In this document: one piece after another, positions 17,971-26,759 of the stretch
Numbering within the stretch: position 1 is the stretch's first letter
Layout of the letters: the number at the start of each line of letters is the position of its first letter
IMG/VR virus record: IMGVR_UViG_2837658290_000001
Coordinates: 1,897 to 65,896 of that record
Length of the DNA stretch: 64,000 bases
Origin: a virus
Taxonomy: Duplodnaviria; Caudoviricetes
Direction: 5' to 3' (one strand)
Position numbers and translations under genes: made by a program
Notes under the pieces: generated by a model
The model's input: only the letters and a program-made list of their open reading frames with translations
The model's database searches: none
What the model was told of the DNA's origin: nothing

Positions 17971-19849
17971 CTGGGCGGATGCCAACCGGCGGCTGAGTTC
18001 GGAGGCGAGCGCCGAGCCGGGGCGGTGGCGCACGAGCCGCGCCGAATACCAGCGCGGGATCATGGAGGCGGTCTCGGATGCCTCCACCGAAACCGTTGTG
18101 ATCATGTCCAGTTCACAGGTGGGCAAGACGGAAGTGGTCAATAACTGCGTCGGTTACCACATCGATCAGGACCCGGCGCCGATCATGGTGGTGATGCCCA
18201 CAGAGCGGGATGCGGAAACCTGGTCGAAGGACCGCTTCTCGCCGATGGCGCGGGACACGCCCTGCCTGCGCGACAAGATCGCCAACCCGAAGTCGCGGGA
18301 TGGCAACAACAAGATCCTGCACAAGCGCTTCCCGGGCGGTCATCTGACCATTGTCGGGGCGAACGCGCCCTCAGGGCTGGCGAGCCGTCCGATCCGGCTC
18401 CTCTTGTGCGATGAGGTGGACCGCTATCCGTTCAGCGCAGGCGCTGAAGGCGACCCGGTGAACCTCGCAAAAAAGCGGACCGTGACATTCTGGAACCGCA
18501 AGATTGTGCTCGTGTCCACGCCGACGAACAAGGGGGCGAGCCGGATTGAGGCGGCATTCGAGGAAAGTGACCAGCGCCGGTTTTGGGTGCCATGCCCCGC
18601 GTGTGGTCACGAACAAATCCTGACCTGGGGACAGGTCAAATGGGACAAGGACGAGAACGGCGGCCATCGCCCGGAAACTGCGCGGTATCACTGCGCAGAG
18701 TGTGATGCGGCGTGGAAGGACGAAGCCCGCTGGGCAGCGATCTCCAAGGGCCGCTGGATCGCGGCGGCACCATTCAATGGGACCGCGGGGTTCCATCTGA
18801 ACGAAATCTATTCGCCCTGGGTGCGGCTGGAGGCGATGGCGAAGGCCTTTCTGTCTGCCCGTGCCGGTGGTGACGAGACCATGAAAACCTTCGTCAATAC
18901 CTCGCTTGGCGAGACCTGGATGGAAAGCGGCGAGGCGCCGGACTGGCAGCGGCTGCAGGGGCTGAAGGAGGACTGGCCTGCAGGTACGGTGCCCGGGGGA
19001 GGTCTCATCCTGACGGCCGGGGCGGATGTGCAGAAGGACCGGATCGAAGTTGATGTCTGGGCCTGGGGGCGGGGGCTCGAAAGCTGGCTCGTGGATCATG
19101 TCGTCATCGGGGGCGGTCCGGGGGAGCCGGCCTGCTGGCAGGGGCTTTCGGATCTCCTGAACCGGAGCTGGCTGCATGCGAGCGGAACACCGATGAGCAT
19201 CGCAAAGCTGGCGATTGATACCGGTTATGAGACGGCGGCGGTGTATGGCTGGGCGCGGCAGGCGGGATTTGCCCAGGTGGCCCCCGTCAAGGGGCTGGAG
19301 GGGTTCAACCGCTCGAGCCCGGTTTCGGGGCCGAGCTATGTGGATGCGACAGTGGGCGGCAAACGGCTGCGCCGCGGGGCGCGGCTCTGGTCGGTGGCGA
19401 CTTCGACCTTCAAGGCCGAGACCTATCGCTTCCTGCGGCTCGATCCGCCGGAGAACTCCGGGCTGGGAGGAGCCGGTGCCGGGGCGTTTCCGCAGGGCTT
19501 TCTGCATCTGCCCGGATGGGTCGATGCCGAGTGGCTCAAACAGCTGACGGCCGAGCAGCTGGTCACGGTCAAGAACAAGCGCGGGTACGCCAGGCTTGAG
19601 TGGCAGAAACTGCGCGAACGCAACGAGGCGCTGGACTGCCGGGTCTATGCGCGGGCGGCGGCCTGGATCCTCGGGGCGGATCGCTGGCCGGAGGCACATT
19701 GGGCGGCTCTGGCGGATGAGCTGGGTGTGCTGTCGGCTGAGGCAGCGCCGATGATGCCGCAAAGGCCCGATGCTGCCGCACGTGCCCCACGGCAGGATAC
19801 GTCACGGGAGGGGCGCTGGGTCAGCCGGCGGCGGGGCAGTTGGCTTTGA
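17846..19849 (+). CDS. Terminase large subunit (lambda GpA family); start may be GTG 17903
   Basis: SSQVGKTE, LLCDEVD, STPT, CPAC..., GADVQ and RNEALDC motifs. Confidence 0.95.
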   Translation: MCASKRKATVSVLILKGGTVLCQTVRRALAVLTPPPDLTISDWADANRRLSSEASAEPGRWRTSRAEYQRGIMEAVSDASTETVVIMSSSQVGKTEVVNNCVGYHIDQDPAPIMVVMPTERDAETWSKDRFSPMARDTPCLRDKIANPKSRDGNNKILHKRFPGGHLTIVGANAPSGLASRPIRLLLCDEVDRYPFSAGAEGDPVNLAKKRTVTFWNRKIVLVSTPTNKGASRIEAAFEESDQRRFWVPCPACGHEQILTWGQVKWDKDENGGHRPETARYHCAECDAAWKDEARWAAISKGRWIAAAPFNGTAGFHLNEIYSPWVRLEAMAKAFLSARAGGDETMKTFVNTSLGETWMESGEAPDWQRLQGLKEDWPAGTVPGGGLILTAGADVQKDRIEVDVWAWGRGLESWLVDHVVIGGGPGEPACWQGLSDLLNRSWLHASGTPMSIAKLAIDTGYETAAVYGWARQAGFAQVAPVKGLEGFNRSSPVSGPSYVDATVGGKRLRRGARLWSVATSTFKAETYRFLRLDPPENSGLGGAGAGAFPQGFLHLPGWVDAEWLKQLTAEQLVTVKNKRGYARLEWQKLRERNEALDCRVYARAAAWILGADRWPEAHWAALADELGVLSAEAAPMMPQRPDAAARAPRQDTSREGRWVSRRRGSWL

Positions 19850-19859
19850 GGATGTGATC

Positions 19860-20063
19860 ATGAGCTGGACGCAGGAGGAACTGGCGGCCCTCAAACAGGC
19901 CTATGCCAGCGGGACGACGCGGGTGAGCTACGATGGCAAGTCGGTGGATTATGGCACGGCGGCGGATCTGCTGCGCCGGATTCGGGTGATCGAGGCGGAG
20001 CTGGCGGCAACCGTGGGCCGCCCCAGGCCAAGGCGCAGCTTTGCCAGCTTCTCGAAGGGCTGA
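19860..20063 (+). CDS. gpW-like head completion protein
   Basis: 67 aa, A.ASG...VSYDGKSV.Y; between terminase and portal. Confidence 0.85.
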   Translation: MSWTQEELAALKQAYASGTTRVSYDGKSVDYGTAADLLRRIRVIEAELAATVGRPRPRRSFASFSKG

Positions 20064-20075
20064 GGAGCACCTGTC

Positions 20076-21587
20076 ATGAACTGGTTTGACCGGACGCTCG
20101 GGGCGATTGCGCCGGGTGTGGGGCTGCGGCGGGTGCGCCAGAGGCAGGCGCTGGAGGTGCTGGCGCGCGCCTATGAAGGGGCAAAGACCGGGCGGCGCAC
20201 CGAAGGCTGGATCACGCCCGGCACCGGGGCCAACAGCGAGATCGGCCCGGCGCTGGCACGTCTGCGGGCGCGTTCGCGCGATCTGGTGCGCAACAATCCC
20301 TATGCCGCCAAGGCCGTGCAGGCGCTGGTGAGCAACATGGTGGGAACAGGGCTGATGCCGCGGGCGCGGGCCGGGGAGGCGGAGCTTGCCCGGCAGGCCG
20401 ATCGTCTCTGGGCGCGGTTTGCGTCGGAATGCGATGCGGACGGTCTGACGGATTTCGCCGGTCTGCAGGCGCTGATCGTACGGTCGCTGGTGGAAAGTGG
20501 CGAGGTGCTGGTGCGCCTGCGCCCGCGCCGGGTGGAGGATGGGCTGGCGGTGCCGCTGCAATTGCAGGTGCTGGAGCCCGATCACCTGGACACAGGGCGC
20601 ACTGAGGAGCTGCCCGGTGGCGGGTATATCCTGCAGGGTGTGGAGTTCGACCCTCTCGGGCGGCGCGTGGCCTATTGGCTTTATCCGCGCCATCCGGGCG
20701 AGGCGGGAGGGCTGTCGGGACTGGGCCTTCCGGTGGCGCGGCGGGTTCCGGCTGATCAGGTGCTGCATCTCTTCGAGCGGTTGCGCCCGGGACAGGTGCG
20801 CGGAGTGCCGTGGTTTGCACCGGTGATGCTGAAGCTGCGCGATCTGGACGACTATGATGAGGCCGAACTGGTGCGCAAAAAGATTGAGGCCTGTTTCGCG
20901 GCCTTCGTCACCGGGGCTGAGGACGAGGAGACACTGGGCCGGGCGCAGCTGGATGCGGCGGGCCGGCGGGTGGAGAGCTTTGAGCCGGGGATGATCGAAT
21001 ATCTCGAGCCGGGCAAGGATGTGAAGTTCGCAAGCCCCGCCGCCTCGGGCGGCTATGCCGAATATATGCGGATGCAGCTGCATGCGGTCGCGGCGGGGGT
21101 GGGGCTCACCTATGAGTTGCTGACCGGGGATCTGAGCCAGGTGAATTACAGCTCGATCCGGGCAGGGCTGATCGAGTTCCGCCGCCGGATGGAAGCGCTG
21201 CAATGGCAATTGCTGGTGCCCGGGCTCTGTCAGCCGGTCTGGCGGCGGTTTGTCCTGGCGGCCCAGGCGGCCGGGGCGCTGCCGGACGGGGCAGAGATTG
21301 CGGCGGAATGGACCGCACCCCGGTTCGAGGCGGTGGATCCGCTGAAGGACATCCAGGCGGATGTGCAGGCGGTGCGGGCCGGGGTGATGACGCTGAAGGA
21401 AGCCATTGCGCGCCAGGGCTATGAGCCGGCGCAGGTCCTCAGAGAAATCGCCGAGACCAATGCCGAGCTCGATGCGTTGGGGCTCATTCTCGACAGCGAT
21501 CCCCGGCGTTCCACGAAAACAGGGCAGGACAGCGGGCGCGAGGTTGCGCCCGCATCATCAGATGAGGATCGCAATGACACGGAATGA
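20076..21587 (+). CDS. Portal protein, lambda family
   Basis: RSRDLVRNN, RPGQVRGVP, LTGDLSQVNYSSIR and VDPLKD motifs. Confidence 0.95.
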   Translation: MNWFDRTLGAIAPGVGLRRVRQRQALEVLARAYEGAKTGRRTEGWITPGTGANSEIGPALARLRARSRDLVRNNPYAAKAVQALVSNMVGTGLMPRARAGEAELARQADRLWARFASECDADGLTDFAGLQALIVRSLVESGEVLVRLRPRRVEDGLAVPLQLQVLEPDHLDTGRTEELPGGGYILQGVEFDPLGRRVAYWLYPRHPGEAGGLSGLGLPVARRVPADQVLHLFERLRPGQVRGVPWFAPVMLKLRDLDDYDEAELVRKKIEACFAAFVTGAEDEETLGRAQLDAAGRRVESFEPGMIEYLEPGKDVKFASPAASGGYAEYMRMQLHAVAAGVGLTYELLTGDLSQVNYSSIRAGLIEFRRRMEALQWQLLVPGLCQPVWRRFVLAAQAAGALPDGAEIAAEWTAPRFEAVDPLKDIQADVQAVRAGVMTLKEAIARQGYEPAQVLREIAETNAELDALGLILDSDPRRSTKTGQDSGREVAPASSDEDRNDTE

Positions 21588-23865
21588 TCCCCCACCCGGG
21601 GGCGGGCAAGAAGTGCGGCCGGGCAGTGGCGGAGACAACCGTCGCCTCGGGGTGCAGCTGCGCAGCGATGTGCGGCTGATGCCTGAGACGGTGGATGTGC
21701 CAGCGCGGACGGTGGAGCTGGTCTGGTCGAGCGGGGCGATGGTGCGCCGGCGGGATGCCTGGACCGGCAAACGCTATGACGAGGTTCTCTCGCTCGAGCC
21801 GGGTCATGTGGATCTGAGCCGCCTCAATGGCGGTGCGCCACTGCTCGACACCCACGGGGCATATGAATTGAGCCAGGTGCTGGGGGTGGTTGAGCGCGCC
21901 TGGGTGGAGACGGACGGGTCCGCACCGGTGGGCAAGGCGCGGGTGCGCTTCTCGGAAAGGGCGGATGTGGAGCCGGTCTGGCGCGATGTTCAGGCCGGGA
22001 TCATCCGCAATGTCTCGGTGGGTTATGCGGTGCGCAGCTTCGAGATCACCGAAGAAGAAGGGCAGGTGCCGGTCTGGCGGGCGGTGGACTGGCAGCCGAT
22101 GGAGCTCTCGGCGGTGCCGGTGGGCGCGGATGCGCAGGCCGGGTTCCGGGCCAGCCCGGACGCAGAGCAGGACTGCACGCTGGTGCGGCGCGCAGCACCA
22201 GCTCCCGGTCGTGACGATCAGGACAGATTGAAAAAGTCAGAAGCTGCGGAGCGCAGCGATGGAGGGGATCAGCCTCCGTTACAGGATGGGAAGGACAAAG
22301 AGATGAGCGGATCAGCAACGGAAGGCGCACAGGGTCAGCAGGCCCGCGGCGCGGAGCCCGGGATGGTGGCAGGGCGTGACGCGACGGCCGGCCCGGGCGG
22401 GCCCATGGGGGCCTCGCCAGAAGCCCCGGCACCGGCGACTGACAGTGCTGCGCGCGCCGGACACGTGCAGCGCAATGCTTTGCCACAGGACGGCCGGGCC
22501 GGAGCGCCTGCTGCAGAAAACAACCATAACAATGAGCCGGCCGGACACCCTGTCTCCGCAGCAGATATGCGGCGCATTGCGCAGGAGGCGATGGAAGGTG
22601 AGCGGGCGCGGATCGCCGGCATTCAGGAGGCGGCGCGCAAGCTTGGCGTGGGCGGGGAGGTCACGGCGGATCTGGTGCGCCGGGGTGTCAGCCTCGATGA
22701 AGCGCGGGGAGCGCTCATCGATGCGGCCGCGTCTCTGGACCGGTCGGTGGACACCCGGCCGCATATCCGTATGGACGGGCAGAGCGAGGTGGAGACCCGA
22801 CGGGCGGCGGTGGAGGCGGCCCTGATGCATCGCTATGAGCCGGGGCGGCATGAGCTGAGCCCGGCGGCACGGGAATGGCGGGGTCTGTCGCTGATCGAGA
22901 TGGCGCGTGAGTTCCTCGCGGCCGAAGGGGTGCGGGTGCGCGGTCTGGGGCGCGATGAGATTGCCACGCGCGCGCTGCACACGAGTTCGGACTTTCCGCT
23001 CATCCTGGCCTCGGTCACCAACCGGACGCTGCGGGCGGCCTATGAGGCGGCGCCGCGCAGTTATCAGATGGTGGCGCGGCGCACCTCGGTGGCGGACTTC
23101 AAGGCGGTTCAGCGCCTGCAGCTGGGAGAGGCACCGCAGCTCGAGAAGGTCAACGAGGCGGGCGAGTTCAGGCGGGGCACGATCGGGGAGGCGAAAGAGA
23201 GCTACCGCGTTGAGACCTACGGCAAGGTCGTCGGGATCACGCGACAGGTTCTGATCAATGACGATCTCGATGCGTTCACCCGTGTCCCGGCGCTCTTTGG
23301 CACGGCGGCGGCGACGCTGGAAAGCGATGTGGTCTGGGGGATCTTCCTGCAGAATGCGGCCATGGCCGATGGCAAGGCGCTGTTCCATGCGGGCCATGGC
23401 AACCTTGCCGCCAGCGGCACGGCGCTCGATGTGGTGAACCTTGCAAAGGCCCGCACCGCAATGTCGCGCCAGACCGGGCTCGATGGCAAGACGCTGCTGA
23501 ACATCCGGCCTGCATATCTGGTGGTGCCGTCGTCGCTGGAACTGGCCGCCGAGCAGCTGCTGGCGCAGAACCTCGTGCCGGGCAAGCCTGCGGATGTGGT
23601 GCCGGGCAATCTGCGCAGCCTGACGATTGTTTCCGAGCCGCGGCTCGATCCGGCGAGCGGGGCGGTGCCCTGGTATCTGGTGGCCAGCCCTGCAGCGATC
23701 GACACGATCGAATATGCCTTCCTCGAAGGGCAGGAGGGTGTGTTCATGGAAACCCGCATGGGGTTTGACGTGGACGGGGTCGAGATCAAGGCGCGTCTGG
23801 ATTTTGGCGCCAAGGCCATCGACTGGCGCGGGCTCTACAAGAACCCCGGTGTCGCACTCACCTGA
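21574..23865 (+). CDS. Prohead protease/scaffold/major capsid fusion
   Basis: PLLDTH, VSVGY and ELSAVPVGAD protease motifs; low-complexity linker; capsid region TSSDFP.IL, TYG...ITRQ..INDD, RLDFG...IDWRG. Confidence 0.92.
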   Translation: MTRNDPPPGGGQEVRPGSGGDNRRLGVQLRSDVRLMPETVDVPARTVELVWSSGAMVRRRDAWTGKRYDEVLSLEPGHVDLSRLNGGAPLLDTHGAYELSQVLGVVERAWVETDGSAPVGKARVRFSERADVEPVWRDVQAGIIRNVSVGYAVRSFEITEEEGQVPVWRAVDWQPMELSAVPVGADAQAGFRASPDAEQDCTLVRRAAPAPGRDDQDRLKKSEAAERSDGGDQPPLQDGKDKEMSGSATEGAQGQQARGAEPGMVAGRDATAGPGGPMGASPEAPAPATDSAARAGHVQRNALPQDGRAGAPAAENNHNNEPAGHPVSAADMRRIAQEAMEGERARIAGIQEAARKLGVGGEVTADLVRRGVSLDEARGALIDAAASLDRSVDTRPHIRMDGQSEVETRRAAVEAALMHRYEPGRHELSPAAREWRGLSLIEMAREFLAAEGVRVRGLGRDEIATRALHTSSDFPLILASVTNRTLRAAYEAAPRSYQMVARRTSVADFKAVQRLQLGEAPQLEKVNEAGEFRRGTIGEAKESYRVETYGKVVGITRQVLINDDLDAFTRVPALFGTAAATLESDVVWGIFLQNAAMADGKALFHAGHGNLAASGTALDVVNLAKARTAMSRQTGLDGKTLLNIRPAYLVVPSSLELAAEQLLAQNLVPGKPADVVPGNLRSLTIVSEPRLDPASGAVPWYLVASPAAIDTIEYAFLEGQEGVFMETRMGFDVDGVEIKARLDFGAKAIDWRGLYKNPGVALT

Positions 23866-23947
23866 CCGGCTTGAGAATGGTCAAGGCCGGGAGAGGCGGG
23901 GCAGGTCAGAGTGATCCTGTCCCTTTTCCTTCTGAACATCTTCAGAC

Positions 23948-23978
23948 GGGCAGCCTGACAGGCTGCCCTTTCTTTTTT
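23948..23978 (+). terminator. Rho-independent terminator after capsid gene
   Basis: GGGCAGCCT-gac-AGGCTGCCC followed by TTTCTTTTTT. Confidence 0.75.
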
Positions 23979-23995
23979 ACAAAGGGACCAATCCC

Positions 23996-24331
23996 ATGAA
24001 CTCTTATATCCAGCCGGGCGGCACGCTGACGCTGACGGCGCCGTATGATGTTGTCTCCGGCGCCGGTCTCAAGGTGGGCGCGATCGTCGGCGTGGCTGCG
24101 CGTGATGCGCTTGCGGGTGCTGCGGTGGAAACCGTTCTGACCGGTGTGTTTGATATGGCCAAGGCAGCAAGCCAGGCCTGGAGCACCGGCGCAAAAATCT
24201 ACTGGGACGATACGGCCAGGGTGACGACCAGTGTCGCCACTTCGAACACGCTGATCGGCGTGGCGGTAGCGGATGTGGCCGGGGGTGCCAGTGACGTGAC
24301 CGGGCGGGTGCGTCTGAACGGGGCCTTCTGA
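23996..24331 (+). CDS. DUF2190 capsid decoration/cement protein
   Basis: MNSYIQPG..LTLTAP..V.SG, GVF...K, G..IYWD motifs; follows the capsid gene. Confidence 0.85.
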   Translation: MNSYIQPGGTLTLTAPYDVVSGAGLKVGAIVGVAARDALAGAAVETVLTGVFDMAKAASQAWSTGAKIYWDDTARVTTSVATSNTLIGVAVADVAGGASDVTGRVRLNGAF

Positions 24332-24642
24332 TGTCGGTGTTTGACGGGGCGTTGGGACGGCTTTTTGCCGATCCCAATCTCTCGGTGGAGATCGTCCACC
24401 GGGACATGGAGGGGCGCTTCACGCGGGGCAGGGGCATTCTGCGCCGGCCCGACGAGATCACCGGGTTTGGTGCGGCGCGGCTTTTGTCGGAAACCACGCG
24501 GCTCGATGTGCGGGTGGCGGATGTGCCAGCCCCGCGTCCGGATGAGCAGATCCTGATCGGGGAGGACACGTTCCTCATTCAGGGGGAGCCGAAGCGGGAC
24601 CGGGAGCGGCTGATCTGGACGCTGGAGCTGTCTCCGGCATGA
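24331..24642 (+). CDS. Head-tail joining protein
   Basis: TGATG overlap; LFADPN...; position after DUF2190. Confidence 0.75.
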   Translation: MSVFDGALGRLFADPNLSVEIVHRDMEGRFTRGRGILRRPDEITGFGAARLLSETTRLDVRVADVPAPRPDEQILIGEDTFLIQGEPKRDRERLIWTLELSPA

Positions 24643-24831
24643 GGCCCGGCAGGCGCTTTGCTGCGGATTGTGAAGACTGGATGGCAGCCGGATCCCGGCT
24701 GCCATCTGCCTGCCGGCCTCTCCCCACGGGACTGGAGAGGCCAGCCCATCCGGAAGAATATTCCGGACATCCGAAGACTGGATGCCCGATGTGGGGTCTG
24801 TCCAGTCCTTAATCAGCGGGGCTGAGCGCAG

Positions 24832-25464
24832 ATGCAGCTTGGTGTTGAGGTCAGTGGTGATCTGGTCGCGATTATGGCGGCCGAGATCCGCGCAGGTGAA
24901 AAGGCTGTGAGCCTCGCGATGCGGGAGGCCGGATCCGGGCTCAAAGCTGACTGGCGCGGGCAGATCACCGGGGCCGGGCTGGGGCAGCGCCTGGCACATT
25001 CGATCCACAGCGCCTCCTACCCGAAATCCGGCGACAGTCTTGAGGCGGCCGCCCTGGTCTGGTCGAAAGCACCGGTCATTGTGGGGGCGCATGATGCGGG
25101 GCCGCTCATTCGCTCGAAATCCGGCTTCTGGCTGGCGATCCCGCTGCCGGCGGCGGGCAATGGCGTGGGTGGCCGGCGGATGACACCCGGCGAATGGGAA
25201 AAACGCCGCGGGCTGCGCCTGCGCTTTGTTTATCGCCGCCGTGGCCCCAGCCTGCTGGTGGCGGACGGACGGCTCAGCAGCAGGGGTCTCGGCGTGGCCT
25301 CCCGCGCGAAATCAGGCCGGGGCCGGGCCAGCGTGCCGATCTTCCTGCTGGTGCCGCAGGTCAGGCTGCTCAAGCGGCTGGATCTGGCGCGGGACGCGGC
25401 GCGTGCGCAGGCGGAGCTGCCGGGGCGGATCGCAAAACACTGGGTGGCGGGGAGGTTGGGATAA
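24832..25464 (+). CDS. DUF6441-like neck/tail completion protein
   Basis: Basic 210-aa protein (LK..WR.QI..AGLG.RLA, WLAIP, PIF.LVPQV.L) in the head-tail region. Confidence 0.7.
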   Translation: MQLGVEVSGDLVAIMAAEIRAGEKAVSLAMREAGSGLKADWRGQITGAGLGQRLAHSIHSASYPKSGDSLEAAALVWSKAPVIVGAHDAGPLIRSKSGFWLAIPLPAAGNGVGGRRMTPGEWEKRRGLRLRFVYRRRGPSLLVADGRLSSRGLGVASRAKSGRGRASVPIFLLVPQVRLLKRLDLARDAARAQAELPGRIAKHWVAGRLG

Positions 25465-25555
25465 AGAAAAGGCGACGACACAGGGAGGAGGAGGTGTCGT
25501 CGCCTTGTTCGAACTGGCTCCAGGGAGGAAGAAAAAAGCCATCCGAGTTTCTGAG
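25462..25555 (-). ncRNA. Cuckoo/CcsR/alpha-r14-like sRNA with anti-Shine-Dalgarno loops
   Basis: Minus strand: hairpin TGGCTTT-ttcTTCCTCCCt-GGAGCCA, then a 13-bp perfect stem AAGGCGACGACAC/GTGTCGTCGCCTT whose loop region carries CCTCCTCCC, then a U-tract. The 5' end is approximate. Confidence 0.7.
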
Positions 25556-25656
25556 ACTTGAAATAGGGAGTTTCTGCGCGTGCACAATAGGGGAAGGGCG
25601 AATAGCTGATCTGCGCTGAGTGCAAGGCCCAGCGAGGACCTGTCGTGAAGACGTCG

Positions 25657-25740
25657 TGGTGCCCCCTGCCGGACTCGAACCGGCACGCCCGCAGGCAGAA
25701 GATTTTAAGTCTCCAGCGTCTGCCATTCCGCCAAGGGGGC
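25657..25740 (-). tRNA. tRNA-Leu (anticodon TAA)
   Basis: GCCCCCT/AGGGGGC acceptor stem, anticodon loop CT-TAA-AA, long variable arm, GTTCGAGTC T-loop, encoded CCA; 84 nt. Confidence 0.95.
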
Positions 25741-25742
25741 TT

Positions 25743-25818
25743 TGGTAGGCCCGGCAGGATTTGAACCCGCAACCAAAGCGTTATGAGCGCTCTGCTCTGA
25801 CCGTTGAGCTACAGGCCC
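25743..25818 (-). tRNA. tRNA with CAT anticodon, most likely tRNA-Ile2 (lysidine, reads AUA)
   Basis: GGGCCTGTAGCTCAACGGTCAGAGC...CT-CAT-AA...GTTCAAATC...ACCA; 76 nt; C4-G69 and C5-G68 pairs (TilS determinants) and no initiator features. Confidence 0.9.
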
Positions 25819-26025
25819 GCTGGGTGGGTTGAACGCGAATATGCGCGAATGGTCAAGGTGGCGCGGCGGAAATCTGCGGGTCGCGAGATCTCAGGGCAGA
25901 GAGCAGGTATTCAGAAGGCTGCGGATCAGCAAGACCGATTGCCAGCAACCCTGTTCTCTGCAATTGGGTTGGCAGCGTCCCGCACCTCACGGGCGCGTTC
26001 AGCGCACGTCCCCCGGGAGCAGACC

Positions 26026-26649
26026 GTGACCCTCGAACTCTGGCTTCTTTATCTGGCGGCGGCGATTGGCTTGTCCCTCACACCTGGTCCGAATGGGCTG
26101 CTGTCGGTGACGCATGGCGCATGCTATGGATTCCGGCGGACCGTTTTTACGGTTCTGGGCGGTGCGCTGGGGTTTCTGATCCTGATCGGGGTGTCTCTGG
26201 CGGGGCTGGGGGCGCTCCTGGCGGCATCCGGCAGCGCATTTGAAATCGCCAAATGGATTGGGGCGCTTTATCTGATCTACCTGGGGCTACGGGTCTGGCG
26301 CGCTCCACCCCCTTTGGCTGACACTGCCGTGTCAATGTCCGGAGCGTCTGCGTCGAGGCCGGCCCGGTTGTTTTTCCAGGGGTTCTGGGTGGCGGTTTCC
26401 AATCCCAAGGGGCTGGTGTTTTTTGCAGCGTTTCTGCCGCAGTTCATGGTTCCGGGCGCTTTTTTTCTGGTTCAGCTTGCGATATTCGGGGGCACTTTCG
26501 TGCTGGTCGAGATCGCCTATGAGCTTCTGCTCGCCCGGCTTGCACAACGGGTGGCGCCCTGGCTTTCAAAGTACGGGCGTCAGTTCAATCGTGTGACAGG
26601 TGGCGCATTCATCTGCCTTGGTGCGGTTCTGACGACCGCGTCGCGCTGA
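26026..26649 (+). CDS. LysE/RhtB family amino-acid exporter
   Basis: TPGP, KWIGA.YL.YLG and NPKG..FF.AFLPQF motifs; hydrophobic; GGAG RBS before GTG. Confidence 0.92.
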   Translation: MTLELWLLYLAAAIGLSLTPGPNGLLSVTHGACYGFRRTVFTVLGGALGFLILIGVSLAGLGALLAASGSAFEIAKWIGALYLIYLGLRVWRAPPPLADTAVSMSGASASRPARLFFQGFWVAVSNPKGLVFFAAFLPQFMVPGAFFLVQLAIFGGTFVLVEIAYELLLARLAQRVAPWLSKYGRQFNRVTGGAFICLGAVLTTASR

Positions 26650-26759
26650 CGGTATCAACGCGCAGGTCCGGAAAAAAATGAAAATCCAGGCGCGAGGTGG
26701 TTTCGACATCTCGCTTGAGGGTTGAGTGCCGGGCGGTTAGCATCTTCGAAAAACAGGAG

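Noticed and set aside
25657-25818. tRNAs as the prophage attachment site
   Set aside because: They are flanked on both sides by contiguous tail-morphogenesis genes, with no integrase or duplicated tRNA 3' end in the window.
25743-25818. tRNA-Met or initiator assignment of the CAT tRNA
   Set aside because: It lacks the C1:A72 mismatch and the three consecutive G-C anticodon-stem pairs of initiators; the acceptor stem fits Ile2. Elongator Met is not fully excluded.
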